Shown: piece after piece, positions 19,546 through 29,600 of the stretch | Layout: each line of letters begins with the position of its first letter | Numbering within the stretch: the first letter of the stretch is position 1 | Origin: a virus | Reading direction: 5' to 3' (one strand) | Length of the DNA stretch: 64,000 nt | Virus record (IMG/VR): IMGVR_UViG_3300028829_004116 | Coordinates: 1-64,000 of that record | Program-made: the position numbers and the translations under genes | The notes under the pieces: generated by a model | Database searches by the model: none | What the model was told of the DNA's origin: nothing | Seen by the model: only the letters and a program-made list of their open reading frames with translations

Positions 19546-21825
19546 ATGGTAAATAACGAAATTTGGATGGACAGCGGGGCGATGGTATCTATGATACCTG
19601 AACAAGATATATACTTGGGAATTTTTAAAGACGGTGGAGAAACCGATAACGGTAGTTCTCTTACAGTGACATTAAATGATACTTTTACAGGTTCATTTGC
19701 ATTAGTTACAAATCTATATCGAGGTTGTGAATTAGAACTTTATTTACAAGCCGATGATACATTCCAAGACAAGACAATTATTATGTCCAATGATGCTACT
19801 ACCATTACCTTTAACGATAGTGTTATTGCAGGTATGACAGCAGATTCGCAAGATTATTATGGTATTATTAAAGGGCATGGTGCGCCAATTCCTGCACCAA
19901 AAGGCATAGGTTCTTCGGTTTTAGAAACTGCCACTATTACAACTGCTGGAGATGATTTGTTAGCAAGTCAAGCGATAGTAGGAAATGGAACAATTACTGG
20001 AGTTTCAGGTTTAACTACAACAGGTGCTGAACTTCAATTAACATTAAGTTCTGCTTCAACACCTGTCACCTTTGCTGCTGAAAGTGGCACTAATTATGAT
20101 ACAGGATATTTAGTGATTTATTTAGCAAATTCTGGTGGAGATAGAACTTTGGCTGTTGCATTTAATTGTACTGCTGGGACAACTCATCCTGCAACGGGTT
20201 TCGATGAATATGTTGAAGTAAATGTTGCTGATGGCACTACTGCTGTAAATATGGCTCGTGCTGTTCAAACCGCTTTGGCAAATGAAAGTGTTACTGTTAC
20301 AAGAGCAGGTGCTGTATTAACAATTACCAATGATACAGGTGGATATGTTAACAGTGGAGTTCACATGACAAAAAATACAACTGCTTCTGATGGAACTTTA
20401 GCAGGTGTAACTCTTGGAACTGATACTGATGGTGGAATTATTACAGCAGTTGAAATTACAAACTCAGGTTCTTCTGTTTCCGGTAGCGGAAATTTACCAA
20501 TTACAAGTGCCGCAGGTACTGATGCTGAATTGGCATTAGCCGCAGGTCCATCTTCGGGTAATCCTCGACTTCTTGCAGATTCATGGTTAGGACTTACAGA
20601 TACAGTAGGTATTCCTACAACAAGTATTGCAGTTACACCTATTAATATTTCTTCAGGTTCTCGAAATATTGCATACAATCTTAAAGGTGCAGAATCAACA
20701 GCAAGTGGTAATTTGAATGTTTCAGCAAATCACTTTACATGGCTTTACTACGCATTAGGGGATATGGATATTACATCATCCCTAAATGAAACAGCAGTAG
20801 TAGTTCCAAGTCTTGACACAGGCAAAGTAGGCAAGGATATAACTTCTATTGACGGAAGTTCATTATCCAGTGGAAGCGGAAATAACTTTATTTACGATTC
20901 CGCAAGTGCAAGTCCCGGTGGAAAGAGATTTTATCGTGTTGTTGGAAATACTATTTGCCCTCCTATTCATAGAATTGATGATGATTATGCTTCGGCTGAT
21001 TTAAAGGCAGTTAATCACACTTTGACAAATAAAATTACTTACGAATTTAGTGAATCAAATGAACAAACTTTACCAACATTCGCATTAGAATATTCTCTAA
21101 AGAAACCTTCGAGTATGTCCACAGTGGCAACAGATGTTTCGGGAACAGGTATTTCGGAAACTGTATTTACAAAGATTTTCCCCGGCTGTATGGTTGATAC
21201 ACTTAATTTAACAGCAACAGCAGGTGAACCAGTTAGTATGAATGTAGCATTTTCTCCTAAGAAAACATTTACAGCACCTAATAACTACGATACTGCAAAT
21301 GCAAAAACAGATGTTAAGGACTTCGTTAACTTTGGTTCTCCAAAGGGAGGGGCAGCAAATGTTACAGAATCACAACTACAACCGTTTTTCTTCTCCGATG
21401 GTTCTATTGAAATGTTTGGGCAGGATTATATTAGAATTGAAAGTATTGATTTGTCTATTAGTAATGCACTACAAGAGAAGAGATTTATTGGTCGAACAGA
21501 CAACACAAGCATGGCTCATATTCCTTCACAACGAATCTACGGACTTTCCTTCACGGGACTTGTAACTGATAACGCAATTTTTGAAGAACTAAGAAACACT
21601 TCTGCAACTTCTCTAAGTGGAACTGATGGAAACCAAATTAAGTTAAACTTCGTAAAGAACAGTGCTACCGATGAAACCTTGTCTATGGTATTCAAGGATT
21701 ACATGGTTGTTGAAGCAGATTTCCCTCTCACAAATGATAAAGGGCCGGTGTCCGTTACATGGAGAATACAACCTCTACAATTACACAGTTGCACACACGC
21801 AACAAATTGGGTTCTACAAGGATAA
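19546..21825 (+). CDS. major tail tube protein with large Thr/Ala/Gly-rich insertion
   Basis: LPTFALEY, FPGCMVDTLNL, PFFFSDGSI, IDLSISNAL; followed by chaperones and tape measure; no sheath gene seen, suggesting a non-contractile tail. Confidence 0.75.
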   Translation: MVNNEIWMDSGAMVSMIPEQDIYLGIFKDGGETDNGSSLTVTLNDTFTGSFALVTNLYRGCELELYLQADDTFQDKTIIMSNDATTITFNDSVIAGMTADSQDYYGIIKGHGAPIPAPKGIGSSVLETATITTAGDDLLASQAIVGNGTITGVSGLTTTGAELQLTLSSASTPVTFAAESGTNYDTGYLVIYLANSGGDRTLAVAFNCTAGTTHPATGFDEYVEVNVADGTTAVNMARAVQTALANESVTVTRAGAVLTITNDTGGYVNSGVHMTKNTTASDGTLAGVTLGTDTDGGIITAVEITNSGSSVSGSGNLPITSAAGTDAELALAAGPSSGNPRLLADSWLGLTDTVGIPTTSIAVTPINISSGSRNIAYNLKGAESTASGNLNVSANHFTWLYYALGDMDITSSLNETAVVVPSLDTGKVGKDITSIDGSSLSSGSGNNFIYDSASASPGGKRFYRVVGNTICPPIHRIDDDYASADLKAVNHTLTNKITYEFSESNEQTLPTFALEYSLKKPSSMSTVATDVSGTGISETVFTKIFPGCMVDTLNLTATAGEPVSMNVAFSPKKTFTAPNNYDTANAKTDVKDFVNFGSPKGGAANVTESQLQPFFFSDGSIEMFGQDYIRIESIDLSISNALQEKRFIGRTDNTSMAHIPSQRIYGLSFTGLVTDNAIFEELRNTSATSLSGTDGNQIKLNFVKNSATDETLSMVFKDYMVVEADFPLTNDKGPVSVTWRIQPLQLHSCTHATNWVLQG

Positions 21826-21826
21826 G

Positions 21827-21834
21827 TTTAAAGA
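21827..21834 (+). promoter_or_regulatory. putative TATA box for chaperone/TMP operon
   Basis: AAG-TTTAAAGA-CC in an intergenic gap about 23 nt before the GGTGA SD. Confidence 0.45.
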
Positions 21835-21867
21835 CCTACCCTTAGTATTAACAAACGGTGAAAACCT

Positions 21868-22236
21868 ATGGATAAAAAGACAGTGAAAAATAAGAGTGCT
21901 TTATTTGCTACGGCAGACCCTAAACTACATTATGTTAAGGTATCGCCGGATAGTGATGAATACCTAAAGGTATGGATTAAGGAACCAACCTTTTTACAAT
22001 TAGAAAAGGCACAGGCAAAACTAATTAACCTGAATGCTAAAACAAAGGACATTTCGCTTGAAATGGACACACTGTTCCGTTATCTATGGGAAGCGTTTGT
22101 TGAAAAAACAGAACCCTCTCTATCATCAATTGAAATTCTAAGGTTAAGCCCCTATGTTGGAAATCAAATTAAAGATATTCTCCCCGACCCCTTCGATTTA
22201 GAGGGGGATGAAGATTTAAAAGAAAGTTCCGAATAG
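21868..22236 (+). CDS. tail assembly chaperone (gpG-like)
   Basis: Between tail tube and TMP; ends with a slippery heptamer. Confidence 0.75.
   Translation: MDKKTVKNKSALFATADPKLHYVKVSPDSDEYLKVWIKEPTFLQLEKAQAKLINLNAKTKDISLEMDTLFRYLWEAFVEKTEPSLSSIEILRLSPYVGNQIKDILPDPFDLEGDEDLKESSE
22215..22221 (+). other. -1 programmed ribosomal frameshift site T TTA AAA
   Basis: Correctly phased XXXYYYZ heptamer; the -1 frame is open into ORF 22239-22424. Confidence 0.8.
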
Positions 22237-22238
22237 CG

Positions 22239-22424
22239 TTGAGGGGAGGAAAAATTGCTGACCCTACTATCGCTTCTCGTATAACTTTATATATCTTGAC
22301 AAAGGAACTACATATTAGTCCGGCTGAGGCATACCAAATGCCTTATTCTATGGTCCGTGATTTTATGGTTTTATTTACTATCACAAAGGAAGCCGAAGCC
22401 GAAGCACTTAAAAAGCAGGTGTGA
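22239..22424 (+). CDS. tail assembly chaperone frameshift extension (gpGT-like)
   Basis: Weak TTG start without SD; -1 frame relative to 21868; KELHISPAEAYQMP resembles gpT-like segments. Confidence 0.75.
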   Translation: MRGGKIADPTIASRITLYILTKELHISPAEAYQMPYSMVRDFMVLFTITKEAEAEALKKQV

Positions 22425-24904
22425 ATATGGGATTAGAAGGTATTAGAAAATCATTAGCCGAAATGACGGCTGATATTTCTAATGTCCAAACGGCCATTAC
22501 AGAAACTTCGGAGGCTTCCGATTCTCTTACTCAAAAAATTGCAGGTTTAGCATCTGCAAATACAAAGGCAGGTTCGGTTTGGTCTGTAATTGGTAGAATG
22601 AGTTCGGGTTCAGGTCTGTATGATATACAGAATAAAACTCGTTCAATTGCTTTCTTATTTAAAGTGAAGCAAAATTTTGATAAGGATAGAATTAAGAATG
22701 AAAATAGAATTAATGAAATTTTATCCAACGGTATTAAAAGAAGAGAAAAACTTTTTGAAATTACTAAGTTAGCAAACATTAATGAAATAAAGGCTCTTAC
22801 TAAGGGTAAATTATTACATGATGATACTTTAAAATTACAAATGAAACAATATGGATTTGCTGAAGCAATATCTAAAGAGGCATTTAGAGCAAATAAAGCA
22901 CTTGAAGAAAGTGTGCTATCGGAAGCATCTACTTTAGATGCAAGAGATTATGGTCGCAGGGCGGATAAAGGTTCTCTTTTTAATAAATTAGGTGGACCTT
23001 TTGGCGGTAACTTAGCGGAAAGGCAAGATATGGCTGTCGGTATTGATAGTAAGACTGATGAACTCAATGAACAGATTAACAATTTAAGGGAACTAAGAAT
23101 ACTTAGGATGAAAGAGCAAGGAAAAAGAGAAAATATTGAAAATAAGTTACAAGAAAATTTCAATAAAAAGGAAAGGCTTAAGGAATTAAAAGCGTCTTTA
23201 GCAAAAGAAAAAAATGTAAAAATTGAATCAACAAGTAATAAAATGTTATTAGACCTCAAAGAATTACACATTGAGGAAGAAAAAAACAGAATTTCTAAGT
23301 TAGATATAGAAAATAGAGTCTCGGCAGAGAGATTAAAGGGATATAAAAAGGCTCTCTATGAGGCTAAAATGAAGGCCAAACCTGACCCAGTTACACATTA
23401 TGTGAGTATGGATGCCGAAAAGGCAGTATCAAAGGCAGAAGAAAATCTTGCTAAGGCTCGAACAGATATAATCGCCCATACTGAGTTAAGGAAGACAATT
23501 GCTAAACAACTAGCAAAACTTGAGGCAGAAAAAGCAGATATAGAAGAAGAACGATTTAGAGATAATGAAGAATTAGAAACAAGAAAGGCCCTCCATGCAC
23601 AAAAAATTGCGGAGATAGAAACCAAAATTTTAGACAATAAAGAATTATCACTTGCTGAAGAACAAGAATTAAAAGATATACTTTCATTACACAAAGAAAA
23701 ACAACAGGTTATAATTGCCGAACTGGAACAGTCAGAAGACTTGATTAAAGCGTATAATGGTGAACTTAATATATTAATTGATGCGGCAGAAAAAACTGGA
23801 AAGGTCTTAGTTACAAGAAAAGATGATGGGTTTAAGATTAAAAAAAGTGGAAAAATAAGAATAGGTAGAGGAATTGAAACAGAAACTCGTAAAGGTGACA
23901 AACTTTCTTTTTCGGAAAGATTTAACCCCATAAAAGCGTTTAAAAGAGCCGATGAAAGATATAAAGAAAATACCGGAAAGGAAGGTGAAACCAGCCTTAA
24001 AACTTTTGTAATGGATAAGTTAGGAATAGATAAGAGAAAAATATCCAACATATTTAAATTCGCAAAGTTAGGTTTTGCACTATTTGGTAAGGTATTACTT
24101 ATAATTACTGGCATTGGGGTTCTCGTATATATGGCAAAGCGTTTAGGTATTTTTGATAAAATTTCAGAAGCATATGATTTCCTTGTTACATCGGGAATAA
24201 TAGACGATATAAAACAAACATTTAGTGAATACATAGGTGGTGTCTCAAGTGTTTTGGGTGGTTTGTTTGATTTAGCAACCGCTTTATTCTCAGGTGGAGA
24301 AAACGGAAGTGTTATGGAGGCTCTTACTAAAATTTTAGTAGGGCTGTGGACAGTGGTTTCAAAATCAGTAGAACTTACTCTTAAACTCTTAGTTGCTTTA
24401 TTGGGTAGTATTGCCCTTTCTATTGTAAATACAGCGGTTTCAAATATTAAATCTTTTCTTAAGACATGGAACGCTGATGGTCCAATGGCGGCATTAGAAA
24501 AGTTGATTGAATATTTAGCAAAAAGAGTTTTATTTACAATAATTGCTGCGGCTGTTGGTGCTGGTATTGGATTCTTTTTCGGTGGACCTCCGGGTGCTAT
24601 TCTTGGTGTAAAGGCTGGTTCAGCAGTTGGAGGATTAGCGGCGGCTATGGAAACAGGGGGAACTACATTTAAAGCCGGTAATTATTTAGTTGGTGAAAAC
24701 GGACCTGAGATTATTTCTCTCCCCGGAAATGCAACTGTTCATAATAATAACAACACACAAAGAATGTTAGGTAATAGTATTAATGTGACAGTACAGGGAA
24801 GAGTAGGTGCATCGGACCAAGAACTTAACGATATAGCAAGAAAGATAGGACAAAAGGTTAGCCTTGAAATGAACCGATACAGCAACAGTGGATATAGAGG
24901 ATGA
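22421..24904 (+). CDS. tail tape measure protein
   Basis: 827 aa helical coiled coil, hydrophobic Gly/Ala segments, C-terminal YLVGENGPEII motif. Confidence 0.85.
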   Translation: MNMGLEGIRKSLAEMTADISNVQTAITETSEASDSLTQKIAGLASANTKAGSVWSVIGRMSSGSGLYDIQNKTRSIAFLFKVKQNFDKDRIKNENRINEILSNGIKRREKLFEITKLANINEIKALTKGKLLHDDTLKLQMKQYGFAEAISKEAFRANKALEESVLSEASTLDARDYGRRADKGSLFNKLGGPFGGNLAERQDMAVGIDSKTDELNEQINNLRELRILRMKEQGKRENIENKLQENFNKKERLKELKASLAKEKNVKIESTSNKMLLDLKELHIEEEKNRISKLDIENRVSAERLKGYKKALYEAKMKAKPDPVTHYVSMDAEKAVSKAEENLAKARTDIIAHTELRKTIAKQLAKLEAEKADIEEERFRDNEELETRKALHAQKIAEIETKILDNKELSLAEEQELKDILSLHKEKQQVIIAELEQSEDLIKAYNGELNILIDAAEKTGKVLVTRKDDGFKIKKSGKIRIGRGIETETRKGDKLSFSERFNPIKAFKRADERYKENTGKEGETSLKTFVMDKLGIDKRKISNIFKFAKLGFALFGKVLLIITGIGVLVYMAKRLGIFDKISEAYDFLVTSGIIDDIKQTFSEYIGGVSSVLGGLFDLATALFSGGENGSVMEALTKILVGLWTVVSKSVELTLKLLVALLGSIALSIVNTAVSNIKSFLKTWNADGPMAALEKLIEYLAKRVLFTIIAAAVGAGIGFFFGGPPGAILGVKAGSAVGGLAAAMETGGTTFKAGNYLVGENGPEIISLPGNATVHNNNNTQRMLGNSINVTVQGRVGASDQELNDIARKIGQKVSLEMNRYSNSGYRG

Positions 24905-24908
24905 TATA

Positions 24909-25628
24909 ATGGCAATTAGTACAAATCAAGTTTTAGGAAATATGGGTGGAGATTCTTATTCGGTGGACCATGCGGTATTTTTAAACTTTGCCTCAAGAGA
25001 AGAAGGTACTTCTTCAAGCATTACAAACCGTATTATGTTAAAATGTGACACTATCGGTATTTCTACTAATAGAAATGTTCCTTCTTTCCCCGTTCCTTTT
25101 TCAGGATTAGTAAGAGGGGAGTCAACTACTATTGCCATAGATTTAGGTATTGCTTCAAAGTCTGTTCAATTAGGTGGAGTAATTACAGACCAAATTATTA
25201 GCAAACAAAAAGGAAGTGAACCTCCTATTAATGTTTCTATGACAGCACAGGAAGTAGCACAATTAATAGCCTCGTCAGTAGACTCTTCCTTTCTTCAAAA
25301 TATGCAAAATTTAAATGAATTAATTATTCTCTATCCTTCTCGTGTGGGAAATAATTACGATTATCATACCGGCGTTGATGCAAATACAAAACACGCAGAT
25401 TTACCTTTAGTGCCTTTTACTTGGAAATCACGCACACTTGATGAAGCAGGGTCGGTGGCAACAGGAGATTTTCCAAATCCATCCGCAAATGAATATAAAG
25501 GAATTACAGGTTTTATATCTCAATTTGGGTTCGAGTTTGTAGGTGGACAGTTAATTTCATTTACTCTCTCATTTACCGAATCAATTGTAGCAAGTGGTTC
25601 AGCAATTAAAGATGCAATTACTGGGTGA
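24909..25628 (+). CDS. distal tail (Dit-like) protein
   Basis: Directly after TMP; beta-rich, ends GFISQFGFEF...FTLSFTE. Confidence 0.55.
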   Translation: MAISTNQVLGNMGGDSYSVDHAVFLNFASREEGTSSSITNRIMLKCDTIGISTNRNVPSFPVPFSGLVRGESTTIAIDLGIASKSVQLGGVITDQIISKQKGSEPPINVSMTAQEVAQLIASSVDSSFLQNMQNLNELIILYPSRVGNNYDYHTGVDANTKHADLPLVPFTWKSRTLDEAGSVATGDFPNPSANEYKGITGFISQFGFEFVGGQLISFTLSFTESIVASGSAIKDAITG

Positions 25629-25633
25629 TTAAA

Positions 25634-26665
25634 ATGTATAATATTAATTCTACAGAAAAAAAATCATTACAATTTCCTGCTATGTCCGATGGATATGTTC
25701 AAATTCCGTGGGGTGACGGCTCTAATACTCCTGCACAAAATGTGGGGCTTTGGGGATACACAGGAGGTATAACTTTAGAATTTTTAATTACACCTTATGA
25801 TATTTACAATAATTCCGTCACACCTTATTCAGGAAGTCAAAAATCTTTATCTCAATCTACCAAAGGTTTAGCGTATCTACCAGCATCGTCAAGAAGAAGC
25901 ACTCTTATGAATGTACTTTATAATACCAATCTAAAGGTTACATTACAATCATTAGAAGGTTCTTCCACACCAAACACCCCAGCCTCATATTCTATATCAT
26001 TTACAGTAGTTATTGGAACTACCTCTACAACTATTACTACTGAAAATATTATTACTCCTGAAGTAATTGATAATACTTCTTCCGCACCTACCGATTATCT
26101 TTATTCATCTCACACTCCCTTTGCCCTCAAATCTGCAAGAACTGTAAGTTCTGTAAGTAGTAATACTATTAATCTATCAGGTTCATCTGTTTCCTTTATA
26201 GTCGGTGAAAGGATTTATACTAACGCAGGGGCTTTAATAGGAACAATATCATCACTTGGTTCAAACTCAGTGACCGTAAGTTCTATAACAAATACACCGA
26301 GTAATTCTACATATGTTTATACAGAACTACCCAAAGAACCTACCTATGTTGATGTCCCTCATCATATAGCCGTAAGTTATTCCCCTGCTGGAACTATGAT
26401 AATATATTACGATGGGCAGGAAGTAAAAAGGGGAATTCATTCATTAGGTGGGGATTTTTCATTTCACCCTTCCGATATTTATTTGGCTCAAAATCCTACC
26501 GGAAATTATGCGGCAAATCGTAGAACACAATTTATAGGAGAGTATCACGAGATAGCGATTACCGGAGGTGTTAATAAAAGTTTTAGAAGCACTAATAGCC
26601 TATTACCAAATTTTAAGAACACTTTATTATATATGGATTTTGAGGAGGCTAACTTAGATGGCTGA
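25634..26665 (+). CDS. LamG/ConA-like domain tail protein
   Basis: ITLEFLITP, HHIAVSY...IYYDGQEV, FIGEYHEIAI, LYMDFEE. Confidence 0.7.
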   Translation: MYNINSTEKKSLQFPAMSDGYVQIPWGDGSNTPAQNVGLWGYTGGITLEFLITPYDIYNNSVTPYSGSQKSLSQSTKGLAYLPASSRRSTLMNVLYNTNLKVTLQSLEGSSTPNTPASYSISFTVVIGTTSTTITTENIITPEVIDNTSSAPTDYLYSSHTPFALKSARTVSSVSSNTINLSGSSVSFIVGERIYTNAGALIGTISSLGSNSVTVSSITNTPSNSTYVYTELPKEPTYVDVPHHIAVSYSPAGTMIIYYDGQEVKRGIHSLGGDFSFHPSDIYLAQNPTGNYAANRRTQFIGEYHEIAITGGVNKSFRSTNSLLPNFKNTLLYMDFEEANLDG

Positions 26666-29600
26666 AAATGTATATGTTCTTAACACTGGTGTAGATATTC
26701 CTGATAATTTTGCGCTGCGTTCAGGCTCTTTCAATGTTAAGACTTCTACTAATCCAAGAATAGTAACTCAAGAAGCAAATGATAGTGATGTGCTTGGTAT
26801 TTATTCATATGAAATTCACACTGACGATGCTTCTGCTATGGGAAGTGGGATAGTTTCGGGTAGTCTACTTAATAGATTATTTCCACTTGGTTCACAACCC
26901 GCAGATGTTACAAAGTATGCGACTAATTTATTTGAAAACCCCGGATATAGAATTACAATAGACACTGGAACTGCTGGTGTAACTCTCGCTACTGATAGAG
27001 ATTACTTTGTATTAATATACGCTGATAATTTACTTAAGCATCACATAGCAAAAATTACTGAAAAGCAGGAATACGAGGGTGATATTTTTAACTTTGATTT
27101 TGAACCTGCCTTACCAGAAAATATATCTGCCGGAACTAAAGTCGCAATATATCAAGGTCCTTTTAATATAAATAAAGTAGGTGCTGGTGCTGATAATGTT
27201 GTAGCAGTAGCGTATGGATTGCTAAATGATACTGCTACCAGTGAAGAGAGACATGATAAATATGTTGAAGCGAGTCGCCCCACTTTTTATTTTTACAATG
27301 GTAAAACTGCTCTCGACCATGACAGAAAATATACTGTTCTTAAAACAAGTACAAATACAGCAGGTGGTCCTTTAAAAAGTGTTTTTGTTACTGACAGTCC
27401 TACATCGGGATATATTTTAGATAAAAGTATATTTACACAAAATGCTAATTTGGTAGATAATAATAAATTAAACGACAGACTTCTAAATGGTTCTAATGAG
27501 GCTACCCCAAGAGGGATAAATAGTGGCACAGCACAAGGTTCTTTATATGATTTCGACCATACAACTTGGGCTACTTCCTCTAAAAATTACGATGATTCCG
27601 ATGGAGGTTTAAAAACTTATATTTCCTATATAGATTCTCCATTAAGAACTCAGAGTCTTTCTACACCTTACCAACTTACTACTAAAAAAACAATTACTAA
27701 AAAGGGTAATATATTTGAGGCAAAGTATTACGATACAGAAAGAATGCTTGAGAAAAAAATAAATGAAAATGAGAGTATTCAAATTAAAGAACTAATTGGT
27801 AGTAAAGAGATTAAAGATGAACCCACAGCACAACTTCCGGGGACTTATGATAGAGTTGATACAAACGCTTTTAGAGCAGAAGGTTTAGATTCGGGTGTTG
27901 ACTTGAGAAGATTGTTAGGGTCAAGCGCACCCTATGAACCTATTCTAATAGACGGAGTGTATTATATTATTTCATCAATAGGCGTACCTTTAGATGGCGA
28001 CCAAACAATTTCTGTTACACATAAAAGAGCAATTGCTTCTACTGCCTATGAATCAGTAGGAACATTGAGTACAGACCTTCTTGGTAAGAAAGCATTTAGA
28101 AAGGTATGGTCCCCTTTAACATTAAATTATTTAATTGGACATGATATTGATACAACAATACTTAATGACGGTAGCGGCGACATTACTAGAAATGGGAAGA
28201 ATTTAGTTGTCACACCGGCTACTGTTTTTCAATCTACAAGACACGCCCTTGATTCGGACATACATGGATTAGAATATGTATATGAAGGAAGGTATTACGG
28301 CTATAATGCTAAGGTTATTACTGGCGATAAACCTAACGGATTTACAACTTTAGACTTTGAACCCGAATCTTCCTACTATTCAAACTCTCATATTTTAAAT
28401 TCACTTAAAGGAAATTTATTAGTATATAGGACTATCTTTGAAGGTAAGATAGAATCAACAGAAACTAAGGTTGAACAGGGTCAATTTAAATATGAGATAA
28501 CTGGTAGAGATGTAATAGGCGACCTTTTAAATACTGCTGTAAATACCAATTATACTTATTCCGATGAATTCGTTTATAGTACAATGAACCCCTTTAATGA
28601 AAATTATACAGACATAGGAAGAAATGTTAGTAGTATTTCAGGTGCAGTAGTAACAGCCGATGGTGCGCCTAATGTAAATTTTGGAGATGTTCTTTATCTT
28701 AAGGGAACTCATGGTAGTTTAGACCCTTCTTATTATTTACTTGGTGTTGTAAAAAGTGTAAGTGGGAATGATATTACCTTAGTTAAGGATTGCTATATAC
28801 GCAAACACACTACCTTCGTTGGAGATACAACATTAGCCACTGATATATACAAGGCGAGAAGGAGTGTATTGGCAGGTAAGACATTAGAAACTTCTCTTAG
28901 AAATACCGACAGGGCCACGACTTTAATAGGTAGTGCTGATAAAGGGGCGGTATTTACAACTGGAAAATATTTTGATTACGGAACTGCGTATGCCGATAAT
29001 GGTAAATTAAATACAATTACAAGTAGGACAATAGAAGGCTGTACTTTTAGTAATACTTCAACAACCATAACAACACCTGCGGATGGAACTGCTGATTTAA
29101 TAGCAGGAATGTTAGTAAGGGGAACGGGCATTCCTGATAAAGCAACCATTGTTAGTATAACAAATACAACTACTTTCACCTTATCGGCTAATACAACTTC
29201 TGCTTCTGCAACAGGGGGCAACTCTTTAATTTTTGGAGACTTAAATGGTTTTGAAATTAATAATTTAATTACAACAATTAGTGATGATACCGATTATACC
29301 GACTCACCAATTGCTTTTGATTTTCACTATAATACTATTTCTTCTATGGTTGACTTTCCGGTATTAAGTGAAGTAGACACAAAGGATGGATTAACACAGT
29401 TTGAGATAGGTTATGTTTCCCCTATTGTTGTAGGTAGAATAGAAACAGATAATTTATTAGATACCTTTATTGAAAGTAGCGATACCGCACAAGCGAGTAG
29501 AAAGAATAATAGTATTTATTTAATTAACGGACAGGGTATGCCTCTCGGTGGTTTCTTACATTTACTTGGTGGTGAAGTTAATACTGATAAATCGCCCAAG

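Noticed and set aside
23398-24234. 278-aa minus-strand ORF, and other antisense ORFs in both arms (e.g. 34428-34886, 62252-62614)
   Set aside because: They are shadows of well-supported genes on the opposite strand, lack SD sites and have low-complexity Ser/Leu/Phe content.
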